In this document: positions 29,501 to 42,200 of the stretch, in pieces
Layout: every line of letters begins with the position of its first letter
Position numbering within the stretch: the stretch's first letter is position 1
Source: Camelus dromedarius
Lineage: Eukaryota
Reading direction: 5' to 3'
Length of the DNA stretch: 64,000 nt
NCBI RefSeq assembly: GCF_036321535.1
Contig: NC_087447.1
Span: 11,842,001 to 11,906,000, forward strand
Position numbers and translations under genes: made by a program
Notes under the pieces: generated by a model
Told to the model about the DNA's origin: nothing
Seen by the model: only the letters and a program-made list of their open reading frames with translations
The model's database searches: none

Positions 29501-30483
29501 CTTCCTGCCTGACCTGCCAGGGATGATTGATCTGCCTGGTTCCCATGACAACAGCAGCCTCCGCTCCCTCATCGAGAAGCCCCCTATTCTCGGTGGCTCT
29601 TTTAATCCTATCACAGGGACCATGCTGGCTGGCTTCCGCCTCCATACTGGTCCGGTGAGTCCCCTCTTCGGGAGGAAGGAGACAAATGGGGAGGCCTGAA
29701 AGGCATGGAGGTGGTTTTTCTGTCCACGTCTGTTCAGAACAGACGTACTGAGCAGAACAGATGATGGGAGCCGGGNNNNNNNNNNNNNNNNNNNNNNNNN
29801 NNNNNNNNNNNNNNNNNNNNNNNNNNNNNNNNNNNNNNNNNNNNNNNNNNNNNNNNNNNNNNNNNNNNNNNNNNNNNNNNNNNNNNNNNNNNNNNNNNNN
29901 NNNNNNNNNNNNNNNNNNNNNNNNNNNNNNNCAAAGCCAGGAAACCGGACATCCTGAATCTGGTTGGACCTTCCTCAGTTAAAAACCCAATTAAGTTCCC
30001 TACGAGCCCTGGACTCCCAAATTCTCCTGAAAGAACTGACATAATGGGGTCTGCAGGGCAAGTAGGAACTTGGGACAGGGGCTTGAGCAGTGCCTCAGAA
30101 TCTCTGGTCATTTGAAGAAAAGCAGTTGCCCTGGTCTAGGGGTTTTCCTCTAGTCTTCAGAGTTCCATCAGTGGGGAATTTAAGCTCTACAGGTGATAGG
30201 CACCTCGTGTCTCCTGCAGAAACACCGTCTGACTCAGATCACAAAAAGAAGAAGAAGAAAAAAGAAGAGGATCCTGAACGGAAAAGGAAGAAGAAAGAGA
30301 AGAAGAAAAAGAAGGTAGGGAAGGGGCCCGTGGCTGTACCCCAGTGACTTTTCCCTATCTCACCCCTGGCCTTGGTGGAGTCTTGTCCTCTTACTCTTCC
30401 TTTGTCTTCCCCAGAACCGACACAGTCCAGACCACCCGGGCATGGGCAGCTCTCAGGCCAGCAGCAGCAGCAGCCTCCGCTAA
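26528..30483 (+). CDS. MED19: Mediator subunit 19, 244 aa (261 aa if the ATG at 26477 is used)
   Basis: Visible exons are 26528-26744, 29398-29654, 30220-30314 and 30415-30483. Protein runs MENFTALFGAQADPPPP...FRLHTGP / ETPSDSDHKKKKKK...NRHSPDHPGMGSSQASSSSSLR*. Exon 3 (97 nt in human) is inferred inside N-run 29776-29931. Confidence 0.93.
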
Positions 30484-32117
30484 CAGAACCAGTGACTCTG
30501 CCAGAATGACCTTCCTGCTGTACTGAACCTGCTGACAAAAGCTGCCCTCGCGGCTCTTGGTCACTGCCTCCGGAGCGTCCGCTGCTGCTGGGACAGAAGC
30601 CAGCTCCTGCTGTGCTTGGTTAAGATGAACACATTGTAAGAGAGAAGGGCCCTGCTTTTGTAAGGCTCAGCCGTTTGCTTTCTCATGGACATCCCTTCCT
30701 CTCCCAGGAAGCTTTCTTTTCATCTCTTTTGTGCAGTTCGTCTGATTTAGGACTTTTATCTGATTTAGGACTTTATCTGGTATGTTAGGATTTTTAATTT
30801 TCTTAAAATTGCATTTATCAAACTGGCTGAAACATGGCTGCCTGTTAAGAGGTAAGTGCCTTTCTATGAGAGTCAGGATTTAAGCCAAGGCATGCTAAGA
30901 TCTGAGGGGATTTGGGTCTTGTATTACATTTATCTCATCAGCAGGCAGGGAAACAGCCAAAATGAGACTGGGCAGCATGGTCTAAACATGAGGCAGGGCT
31001 TGCTGATACCTCTCCACAGCAGACACAGAACACTGCTCATGTTAACCAAGTACCTGCGTGATCTTCAGGCTTCATCTGAAGGAGCTGATCCAGTTAGGGC
31101 TCAACTGTTTTCTGTGTGAATTCTGTGTTGAAACAGAATAGCCAACTGAAAAAGCACCCACCGTCACCAAGGTATTTCAACAAGGTAGCTTCTTGGTCAA
31201 GCCTACGAATTTTTTAAATAAACCTCTGGCAAAGGTAAATGCTTCTCCTCATAATAAAATCTTTTGCCCTGCCTCATTCCTTAAGACAATGAAATTATTT
31301 GACTGATACGAAAACATTTCTAAGCTTCTAAGACAGCAACAAAAAGGCAGCCTAAACAAGCAAAATGTAAAATAAATCCCTGTAGTCTTTGCAGCAGGCC
31401 AGCTAACTGGCAGCATCCATGAGAAAACCCAAGCTGATGTAATCTGTATTTAAGCTCAGTTTGACAGAGAACAGTTAAAATCTGTTGCAATGAGCCAAGG
31501 TTATTCCTAGATCAGCAGTGGAAAACCATACATTCAGCTCGTTTTAACCTAGGACCTCAGAGCAAGGGCTTATATACTTAAGTTGTAGACAGTGAAAGTA
31601 AAAGATTTTGTCCAGTTTTGTGAGATTTGGTGTCTGAGGATGCCTATTTAAAATTAGGGCACAGACTTTTGCTTTCAACAGATGGGAGAGACATTATGAG
31701 ATGTCAAATTAACTGCTGCCCATATATCCCTCCAGTCTGTCTGCTTTAACAGGCTTTCACACTGTGACCAGCCACCGGCTCCCCTTTGGCTACATCCAAA
31801 ATGAGCTTCATTTTCCAGAGACAAAATTCCGTATTAAGGAACAATTGTGTCAAAAGTCAGGAGCTCTTTAAGCTTTGAAATGACAGGTTTTGGTGGTTAC
31901 AAGAGACTTTTTTCAGAATTTTTAATTAAATCACCAAAATAAAAACAGGGCCTCTTGTTTTAAGTGGTTATTTTCACTACACTCCTGCCTAAAGATGGGC
32001 CAGGATCAGAGAATCTTACAAGGTTTTCTTTGTAACTTCCCACCAGAGATCATTCGCCCTGCCTTGACCATACAAAATAACACAAGTCAGGGGGAGCTGG
32101 TTAGATCAGGATTTCTT

Positions 32118-32123
32118 TTTATT
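32118..32123 (-). terminator. ZDHHC5: Candidate ZDHHC5 polyadenylation signal
   Basis: TTTATT on the + strand with an upstream U-rich tract on the minus strand, about 1.15 kb after the inferred stop. Confidence 0.65.
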
Positions 32124-33272
32124 CCTTGTTGGTTTAAAATGGCTATTCAGAATAAAAAATAAAAGGGCCTCTGTCTAGAGGCTGGGGTCTCCCCTACTTA
32201 GAGGATAGAACCCAGGTATGCCCTCTACCCAGCACCATACTGAGGTGGGCCGAGGGGTAACCCCCAAGGGACAATCGGAGAGGCCTAGGCCTGCCACTCC
32301 TTCTCTCTATCCTCAGTTTTTGGCATGTAATGAGAAATATTGCTTTTTGGATTCTTATCTCCCGGCCTTGGATTTAAAAATGTCAACCATGTGAGTTAGG
32401 GGAAGGCTTTGAGGGGCTAGTTGAAGCAGCCCACCCTAATCCCTCACCCCTAAGAAGGGCAAGTTATCCAGTATTGTTTCTGGAGCTCGGCCAAGCTCTT
32501 TTCCTGATCTCCCCCCCACCACCACCACCAAAGTCATGGGGCTGTGACCCCTTTCCTGGGGAAACTAAGTGCCAGTGAGCCTAAAAAACTAACTCTCCTC
32601 TCCAAGTCGTTCCCTCCTCTGACCAAGACCCCACCCAGACTCGCCTCCCTGGCTTTCTTTCCTGATCACTTAGCACCAACGACAGGGGGTGCTATCTCCT
32701 TAGATGGTAACTAGGACAGAAGAGAGGGAACCATGAGGAAAAGGAAGACTTTGATGGATGTCTCCCCTCTTTTCCTGCTGGTCTGAGGAACGAGAAGAGT
32801 AAGATCNNNNNNNNNNNNNNNNNNNNNNNNNNNNNNNNNNNNNNNNNNNNNNNNNNNNNNNNNNNNNNNNNNNNNNNNNNNNNNNNNNNNNNNNNNNNNN
32901 NNNNNNNNNNNNNNNNNNNNNNNNNNNNNNNNNNNNNNNNNNNNNNNNNNNNNNNNNNNNNNNNNNNNNNNNNNNNNNNNNNNNNNNNNNNNNNNNNNNN
33001 NNNNNNNNNNNNNNNNNNNNNNNNNNNNNNNNNNNNNNNNNNNNNAAGGGAAGGTCTTAAAGGTGAAGGGGGTTGCTACCCCAGTCTCAGGGCCCCAACT
33101 CTCCGACTCCCCAACCCCACTGCATTTTATAAAACGCTCCTCATCCTCTTGGAATCGGTGGTTTAAAAAATGTCCATGCAGGGTAGGGGAGCCCCTTGNN
33201 NNNNNNNNNNNNNNNNNNNNNNNNNNNNNNNNNNNNNNNNNNNNNNNNNNNNNNNNNNNNNNNNNNNNNNNN

Positions 33273-36200
33273 NNNNNNNNNNNNNNNNNNNNNNNNNNNN
33301 NNNNNNNNNNNNNNNNNNNNNNNNNNNNNNNNNNNNNNNNNNNNNNNNNNNNNNNNNNNNNNNNNNNNNNNNNNNNNNNNNNNNNNNNNNNNNNNNNNNN
33401 NNNNNNNNNNNNNNNNNNNNNNNNNNTGTACTTCATCTCTGGGAAGGAAAGAAGAGAGGTGTCAGAAATGGTACACACAACACAGAAAAGTGAGGCAGTT
33501 TAAAAAGTTGAGAAAATGTACCCTCTACATATATACTTTCTTATGCAGACATTCCCTCTTATTTCATTACCCTGCTTAAAATAAGCCTGACTCCCTCTCT
33601 CCACTATTTATCCCTTTTCTCTAAAAGCAGCTGTCTTATCATACTTATCCTCAGGCAAATACATTACTTTTTAGGAAGACAGGACTAAGAAAAAGTATTA
33701 ATCTTCAGTCTCTTTAACAGCAATGGCCCAGGAAGGCAGCTGGACTAAGAGTGAAAATGAGGGGCTGTCTACACGCAGGATAACCCTGGGTCCACTTGCA
33801 CTAGAGTGTACAGGGGAAGCCCTGACACCGTCTACAGGGCACTCTGCTAATTTTAAGTCCAACACGGGGGAGGATGGACTAATACTTACTTGGGTGTCAG
33901 TAATGGCTGCAAGGCCACTTCCTCCGTTTCAGGGACACCAGGTGGGGCTTTTTGGCTGCTGTAAGACATGGACCGGCCNNNNNNNNNNNNNNNNNNNNNN
34001 NNNNNNNNNNNNNNNNNNNNNNNNNNNNNNNNNNNNNNNNNNNNNNNNNNNNNNNNNNNNNNNNNNNNNNNNNNNNNNNNNNNNNNNNNNNNNNNNNNNN
34101 NNNNNNNNNNNNNNNNNNNNNNNNNNNNNNNNNNNNNNNNNNNNNNNNNNNNNNNNNNNNNNNNNNNNNNNNNNNNNNNNNNNNNNNNNNNNNNNNNNNN
34201 NNNNNNGGGTGACTGGCGTAGCAGCTTCTCTCGTTCCTGGAGGGAGGCCACAATATGGCGCGACAGATTGTCGTACCGGACTGGTGAGGGCTCTCGGTGC
34301 GTTGGGCCGGTTGGCACCAAACGTGGGTGCCTCTCGGCTTCCCGTTGCTGGGCCAGCCGGGCTGACAGGAAGGGAGAGGTGTAGCCTAAAGGCGGGTCTG
34401 GCTCAGGCCCTGCCTGCACGGACTCAAAATCAGGGCTGTCTGAAGGCGTGAGCAGGCTGTCATAAGACAGGCTTCCGTTGCGTGTCTGGTTGGCCAAGCT
34501 CTTATAGGAGGTGGAGGTTGTGCCCTCTGAACGAATGGACTGCAGCTGGCCCAGCTCAAAGCCTGTGCCCTGGGCCGACTTGAGGCTGGAGGAGCGTGAG
34601 CCACTGGATAGTGGATCGAAGTGAAAACTTTTGCCAAAGGTGGGAGAACGGAAGCTCTCTGGCTCCAAGCTGGGCTCTGAGCGGTAGCTGGGATGGCGGC
34701 TGCTCTCTGCAATTGAGGTTGGCTCCTTCAAGCTGTCCCCACGACTCAGCTGAGGGAGAAAAGTAAAGCAGACTCTTAGTGCTCCCCATGCTGTGACAGC
34801 TTCTAGGCCCGAGCCCAAGGAGGCAGTCAAAACAGTATCTATTATGTACCAGCAACATGCTTAGAACTTTGATGCACATTATCTTGTTTAACCCCTAACA
34901 CAAATCTATGAGTAGGAACAAACTATATCTCATTTTGAGATGCAGAAATTGAGGCTTAGGTGAAAGAACTTCCCTGTGATGGCAGAACTGGGTTTTGAAC
35001 TCAGATCTGACGCTGTAATCAGTGCTTTTATCTAATGTGCTACAGTGACCCCTCTTGGATGAAGGACACACTATCAAGGAGTTTCAATCCCTCTAATGCC
35101 AACAATTAGTAAAGTGCCTTTGGTTTTCTTCTCTTCCCTCTGCTCCTTCCTTCCCTTCTCCCAATCTTCTTTTCCCCAGAACGCTGGCATGCATTACGAC
35201 CCTACTTGTTCAAGTACTCAGTACCTTGGCGCTGGACGAATGAGGCATGGCAGCTGAGGTGCTGCTGCTGCTGTAGCCCGGCCGATACTTGTACATGGTT
35301 GGTGTGGGGGGGCTCTCCTTGCCCAGGAGGCTGCTATCTGCAGGAAGAAAGGCCCAGGGGGCACCACTTTACAAGCTGTTCTCTTACCCTGGCTAGAGTT
35401 CCTTCAAGTACAGGGAGAGAACAAGGTAGGAACAAATACACTCAGCGGAAGCAAAGTCCCAGGAACATGATTTTGCTGAAATCAAAACTATAGACTCATA
35501 TTGGCCCAGAACTCAGAGTGAGTGAATGTACAAAAAGGTCCCAGGATGTTTTCTATCCAGATGCTGAGTCCAATTCACTGCCAGTAGCCAAATGGCATCC
35601 CCTTTCTCCCAGATGTCCAAAGAAGTGGTTCAAGTACCACTTGGTGTTCTCGGTCATAAGTATTATCTCCCAGCCCTTGCCTGTGTCTTCTCTACAGCTC
35701 ACAAGTAACGTTCTCCCACCTGCTGCAGCCCTTACCCTCATTAGGAGCCAGGCTGAGGTGTGTTCGTAGCCCCGTGTAACGGCTCAGGTCTGGCTTTGGA
35801 GGAGGTGGAGGTTCAGCGTCTGCAGACTGGCTTTCTGTTATCTCCAAGCTTCCCTTAGACTGGGTACATGAGGGAAAATCAGATTTGGAGAGCTGAGCAT
35901 TAGGGCGACTCAGAGTATTAAACTAGGGTAACAGGTATTGGAGAGTCATCACCTACTTCTACACTGGAACTGGAAGACAAGAAATGAGAGTCACTTTGGG
36001 GATGGTATTGGATAAAGAAAAGTTTTCAACATAGATTTCATTTTGTCACTTGTTTCTTTCCACCAACAACCACTTGTTGAACTCCTACCATCTGGAAGCT
36101 GCTATGTTAAGTCCTATAAAGACATGCAAATGAATGGACTCAATGCCTTCTGTCAATGACCTTACAATCTAATGGAAAAAAAAATACGTATTTAAGTAAC

Positions 36201-39200
36201 TTTAACACAAATCAGAAAGTGATAAATGCTCCACAAGAGACGTTAACAAATCAAGCTTCCATCTCTCTGCCACAGGGGAGGTTCCCCAAGTTACCTAGCT
36301 TTACTTCCCGAAGTTCCTCACCTTAGTTCTCCTCAGCTCTCCCTGGATGCCATTGTCCATGATCTTCACAGTTATCTGCCCATCTGACACTTCTGGCCGA
36401 AGGAAGGGCGGTCTGATTACAATTGTCTTCTCTTTCTTTGGTCTCCCCAAATACCTGAGTGTCAAGAGTGAGAGGGCTTTTATTCATTCACTCAAAAATA
36501 CCTATTGGTTGCCTACCTTGTATAAAGCAAATACAGGAAACAGTCCTACCAGGCCAGTGACAAGATCAGCAGTGAACTGATTTCTCTGATTCCATGAAGA
36601 GCAAGAACAGCACCAAGACCAGGTCTAGGGGCGGATACACCTAGCTCAAGCACTCCGGAGTCCTCACCACTCCAGAGAGTAACATACTATCTACAGAATG
36701 CAAGTAAACTCACCGGGTCCGTTAAAGGATGGAATGACCCTCCCGCGCAGGCACCTCCCATTCTAAGAGAACCCTTCCTAAGAGGCAGTCTCCCAGCAGA
36801 TCCCCCCAATACCAGAACAAACCCGAGAAGACAAACGTTTTGACCAAAGGTGAACACTAGACCAAAGTGGTAGGTGTACCTGGGTGCCGGGGAACTGCAG
36901 AGTACACGGCTGACATTGTTACAGCAGCCATTGGTAAAGGGGTTCACACCTCCCCGGAATTTACCCGTAACCTAGAGGGAGGGAGAAAGGACCAGGTCAG
37001 TCAGACAATGGGACCGTGACCACCAAAAGCCAAAATATTAGTTAATGACAAATTATTGTGCACCTACTATTTGGGAAATACAAAAGTCAGTAAAAGACAA
37101 TCCTACCATAAAGAAGTTTCTACTTGGGATGGTTAAGACTGGGAACTCTAGAGTCAGGGTCCTTAGTTCAAATTCTAGGTCTACTTCATAGTAGCCATCT
37201 GACCCTGAACACCAGTCTCCTTACGTAAAATGGCGATAAATAGCTCTCTGAATACTGAAAACTAAGATAACATACATAAGAGTAAGCAAGTAAGGTCAGC
37301 AATTACTATGTGCACAGAATTCGTTGTTTTTCTTTAAGCAGCACTATAAGCTTCTTGCAGGCTGGCCCAGGTCTTTTATTATTTCTATAAGCTCAGAGCC
37401 TAAACTGTCCAGTATACAGCAGACATTCTATAAATGTCTGTTAACTAAGAAGTGGCCCATTCTCCTGCTTACATGAAGAACTTGGACACCTCATTACACA
37501 AAGCACTCACTAAGCATCATCATGTGTAAGTGCTAGCTCTACCCTAATCAGAGGCTGAGACACATGCCCTGCTCTTCAGGGACCCCCCCCGTCACCTCTC
37601 CTCATACCTGTTCATTGGTCGTGCGTCCCCTAGCCACCAGCACCACGTGAAATCCCGTGAGGCCAGCTACCGGGATGAAGAATAAGCCAGCCACACACAT
37701 CACTGCCATTCTGAAGCCAAACAGTCAAGGAGAGCAGAACGGTGTGATCTCACCTTCCCCAACCCGTGCTGTAGCGTCTTCCCTTTGACCCTCACTGCCA
37801 CATGACTCAACGTTCCTCACTCTTCCCCCTCCCAGTCCTACAACCCACAGGCCTTGAAGGATACGTGACAGCCGTGCGTACCCCTGAGAGTTCCTCCATG
37901 TGGTAGAGGACATAAAGGAGGCCGAAGCCAAACACACCCATAATGTGGGCAGTCAGGGAAAGGAGGAAGAGGAAGAAGTAACGGTAGTTCCGGCGACCAA
38001 TACAGTTGTTCACCCAGGGGCAGTGATGATCAAATTCCTAGGAGCAAAAAGAGACAGACGGAGAGGCATCCTTGGACCACAGCACTAGATCATTTCTGTC
38101 AAGAACAAACAGCAGAACTTAAGTATTGCCTTTAATAATTTGTGATCATGTTCACCATGTAGTTACAAAATTAAATTTTGTTTAGTTACAAAAATAGCTC
38201 ATGCAGTTTATCTTGCTCAATCTGTAAAGAAGAACTTCCAGAGGTAATTCAAAAGCCAAGGCCGCCTCTCAAAGCTTATCCTATGTGATCAAGGAACTCT
38301 GAGACATACAAGAGTCAGCGGCTTTGCAAAAACACTTAAGATTCAGGAGAAAAGAGGTTTGGAAGAAAAATCTGGCAGGCAACTGCTTACAGCTAAGTAA
38401 AAATGGATTGGAAAAAAGGGTTAAAAATCAAAGACATGGAATGCAGGACAGGCAGGCAGAGAAGTATAACTGTGACACTTGAATGCAGCAGCATGATGTA
38501 GTGCAAGCAGAGAGAACACAAAGTCAAGACAAATGACCAAGAAGATGAGTCAAGGGATGGAAGGCTGGAGCTATGACTCCTGGTCTTGGGAAAGCCCATG
38601 CCCACCCACCTCGGGTCCCTCCTGTAACAGAAGGACATTTATGCTCTACCTCTCATGTGTGTATTGTTGCTAACACTTTCTGACAGAGCTAGAACACAGC
38701 CCAGGTAGTTAGCTGGGACGAGATTTCATCCAAGGCCAAGAATCCACAGGATTCAACTCTCATTCTATGGGTAGGGAGAAGATAACTTAGGTTAAGTTCA
38801 CCCCACTCATGGTCCTTACCTCCACACAATTGTCACAGACACTGCAGTGTGAACACCGAGGAGGACGGTAGAAACGGCAGGTGGCACACCACTTCATGCG
38901 CACCTGGATGCCCTTGATCTCCACTGTTTTGTAAAGGGGAGCTCGGAAGTCATCTTCCTTGTCTTCATCCTCTTCAGCTGGAGAGAGGAAAAGTTAATTA
39001 AAAAATAACTACACCAGAACTGTACTAGGCACTAGGGATGCAGTGGTATTTAAAGTACGGCCTCTGTCTTCGAGGAGTTCACAGTCTAATGGAGAGAGAG
39101 AGACTAGGAACTAGTAATTCTAATACTGTGAGATCCGCTCTATTTACAACACTATGGAAACGCAGATGAGGAAGCAATTTATTCTACACTGAAAATGACG

Positions 39201-42200
39201 TTCAAGAACATGACTCAGAGGTGGCTCTGCTATGGATATGCTGATATTCGTGGTTTACACATTATGAATATATTTCAAAAGAAACAGATAATCCACCCCA
39301 CTTCAAAATTTAAAGGACATTATGGGCCTTCTCATCTATAGTGTGCATTTTTTATTTTTTATTATTAACCTAAAAAAAGATATCTGTGGGAAGGAAAAAT
39401 TAAATTAGCAATGGCATAGTAATTAGCAAAAACTAGATTTTCAAATTTACTGACTTATAGAAATGCTTACAATGTAAATAAGTGAGAACAGTACAAGGTA
39501 AAGAACCGTACAAACAAAAAGATCCCATTTTGAAGACAGAAATAAAAATACACACAAACATATATGCTACAGATACATGGTATATATAAATAAGCATTAT
39601 ATGTACAAGTCTTCAAAATATTGATTGGAAGAAAATATACCACAATGTAACAGGAGTTGTCTCTGGGCTGTAAAATTATAGGTGATATTTACCTTTTTTA
39701 TACTTTCTACATAATGAACATCCACTACTTACTAAAATCTACTTTTTTTCTAAAAAGGGTTTTTTTTTAAAGGAAAGAAATTTAAATGCTACTTATTTTG
39801 AAATATCTGATTCTTCCACATTATCATCTACCAGAAGTGAGCCCTTTCTCTTTTTAAAGTACTGCAGTTCTTTGATTACTCTTAAAACTTACCACAGTAT
39901 ATTAATTTATGTAAATGCCTTCCCTATCTTTCCTTCTAGACTGAGCTATTTGAAAGCAATGTGGACCTTTTAAAAAAAAAAAAATCCCAAATGACCATCA
40001 TCATAGTAAATACTTGAGAGTGAACATTAAATGCTCATTAAAATAGACTTCCTTGGCTTTAGGGCCTTTAAGTTCCTTCTTTGAATCTTTGAAACCAAAG
40101 TCACGAAGCAGTGACACAGGCTCTGTAAGCAGTGAATTTCAGAAAAACCTCATCTTAGCAAAGTTGCTATCTCAATCCCACCTGCCTCACTCTTACAAGG
40201 TAACTTCACATTTGAGAGAATTAGGTATCATCAATTTCTCTCTTTTTACCTCTAATTCCACTAATGAGGGTCCTCACTCTCACCTCCTAGTCCAGAAACA
40301 GCCTACTTCTGTAAGCACAACCCTTCCAACATGCACAGGAAAGCATCTCCTTTCTCCAGAAGGTCACTCTCAATTATCTTCTTTCTTCAATTTCAACTTT
40401 TCTCTTCTCTGATCCCATCTCCTCATGCTACCAACATGCTAAAGTATTCTGTATCATTAAAACAACAAACAAACAAACCCCTTCCTCTCCCCTAACACAG
40501 TCCACCTTCTGCCTCTTTGCTTAACTTCTTGAAAGAATAATCTTAACACTCATTATCTCATTTCCCATTCACTGCCTTCCAAACCATTACAATTTTGTTA
40601 ATTTACCAGTACCCCTCGCACATACATACACAAACACACTATTAAAATTATTCTTGTTAAGATTACTAATTTCTTAGTTACTAAAACAATGGGCAATTTT
40701 GAGGTTCCATACTGTTGGATCTACTTTCTGATCCTGCCAACCATCAGCTACTTCATGAACTTTCCTTAGTTCCCACTTTGTCCAGTTTCTCCAAGTACTA
40801 ACTTTTTTTGCTCTGTCCCTCTTCAATAGCTCCTCCTTCTCCTCTGCTCATTATTAAAATGTCAATGCTGGTCAGGTCTGACCTTGGTTCTTTCCTAATC
40901 TCATTCTACTTTTTCCAGATAATTTTACTCCTGTTGCTTCAAATACCATATGGCTAAAGATTTTGAGACTAAAGTCTTCCAGTTTGACTACTCAACTGCC
41001 CACTGGGTAACTCTATTTGAATATCCATTAACTGTCTCAAATTCAACATTTCTAAGATATTCCATCTTCCCTCCAAACCTGCTCAACATTCCTATAACCT
41101 GAGTCTTGGTTAAGAAAAATCAGCATCCAACCTATCTCCCAAGTTAGGAAACCTCGACTACCCTAGACAATTTCTTCACCGTCTCACCCTAACCCAATAA
41201 AAGCAATTAGTCATGAAAAATTCTGCTGAGTCTACTTCTGAAAATCTGTAAATCCAGCCTTGAATTCAAGCCTTCATCTGGTTTGCATTATTGCAATAGT
41301 CTCCCAAAAGGTATCTGTACATTCTAACAAAACTTATTTTTGTAAAGGGATATCTGATGCTGTGATTCCTCCAATGAAAGAGGTCTTGCTGTCCAAAGGA
41401 AGAACTATCATCTATTTAATTTAGCATATAAAGTCTTTACACACTTGGCGCTGGGTTTATCTCTTGCCCCTTCTGGCCCCGCCACGTGTTCTATCTTCCA
41501 CCTCACTGACCAAGCATTTCATGGCTACAAGCTTCTGTACCTGCTGCTCCCTCTGCCTAGAATGCCCTTCCCCTCCATCCTCTACTTGGTGAAGTCTTTC
41601 CTACCCACCTTCAACAGCATTTCCCCAATTTATCCATGCAGATATAAGGTCTCACAGAACCTTGTTCATGCCTCCATTATAGTTTGTATCACACTGTTAC
41701 TCTCTAATGCATCTTAGATTATTATCAAAGCTAGCAATAATGCCCAACTCACATGCTCAAAATAAATTTCTACTGAATAAGTAACCAAAGTGGATCATAT
41801 GGCTAGAAGTTATGACATATATTCCTAGGACCATGACCTGCTTTTCATCGTTAGACTATAAAAGACCAAATGTGTATGTCCAAAAATCATTATTTTTCAA
41901 AAGCAGTAAGGAAATTCCAAGAGAGAAGAGGGAGATCTTACCTCGAGGGAAAATCCCCGGGTCCATGAAGGTGGCCATGCTGAAGTTGGCCAGCACAAAG
42001 AGAAAAACAACCGCATTGTAGATGGGCACTGCAGGTGACACATAGAGGCTTAGTCCTGGACAGCTGCACAGACAACAAAGAAAATGAGGGGCTGCCTCTA
42101 ACTCTGGACATCGGCCAGATAAACACCCATGAAGACGCAGTCTCCTATCTATATATAAATCTTGTGGAGTTCACCTTCACTGTCTCAAATTATCTTCCTC

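Noticed and set aside
29655-30219. MED19 exon loss or frameshift
   Set aside because: The missing 97-nt exon fits inside the 156-nt N-run, and flanking phases require it.
33723-34451. 242-aa ORF antisense to the large ZDHHC5 exon
   Set aside because: Its length is inflated by the N-run, and it is the shadow of a coding exon.
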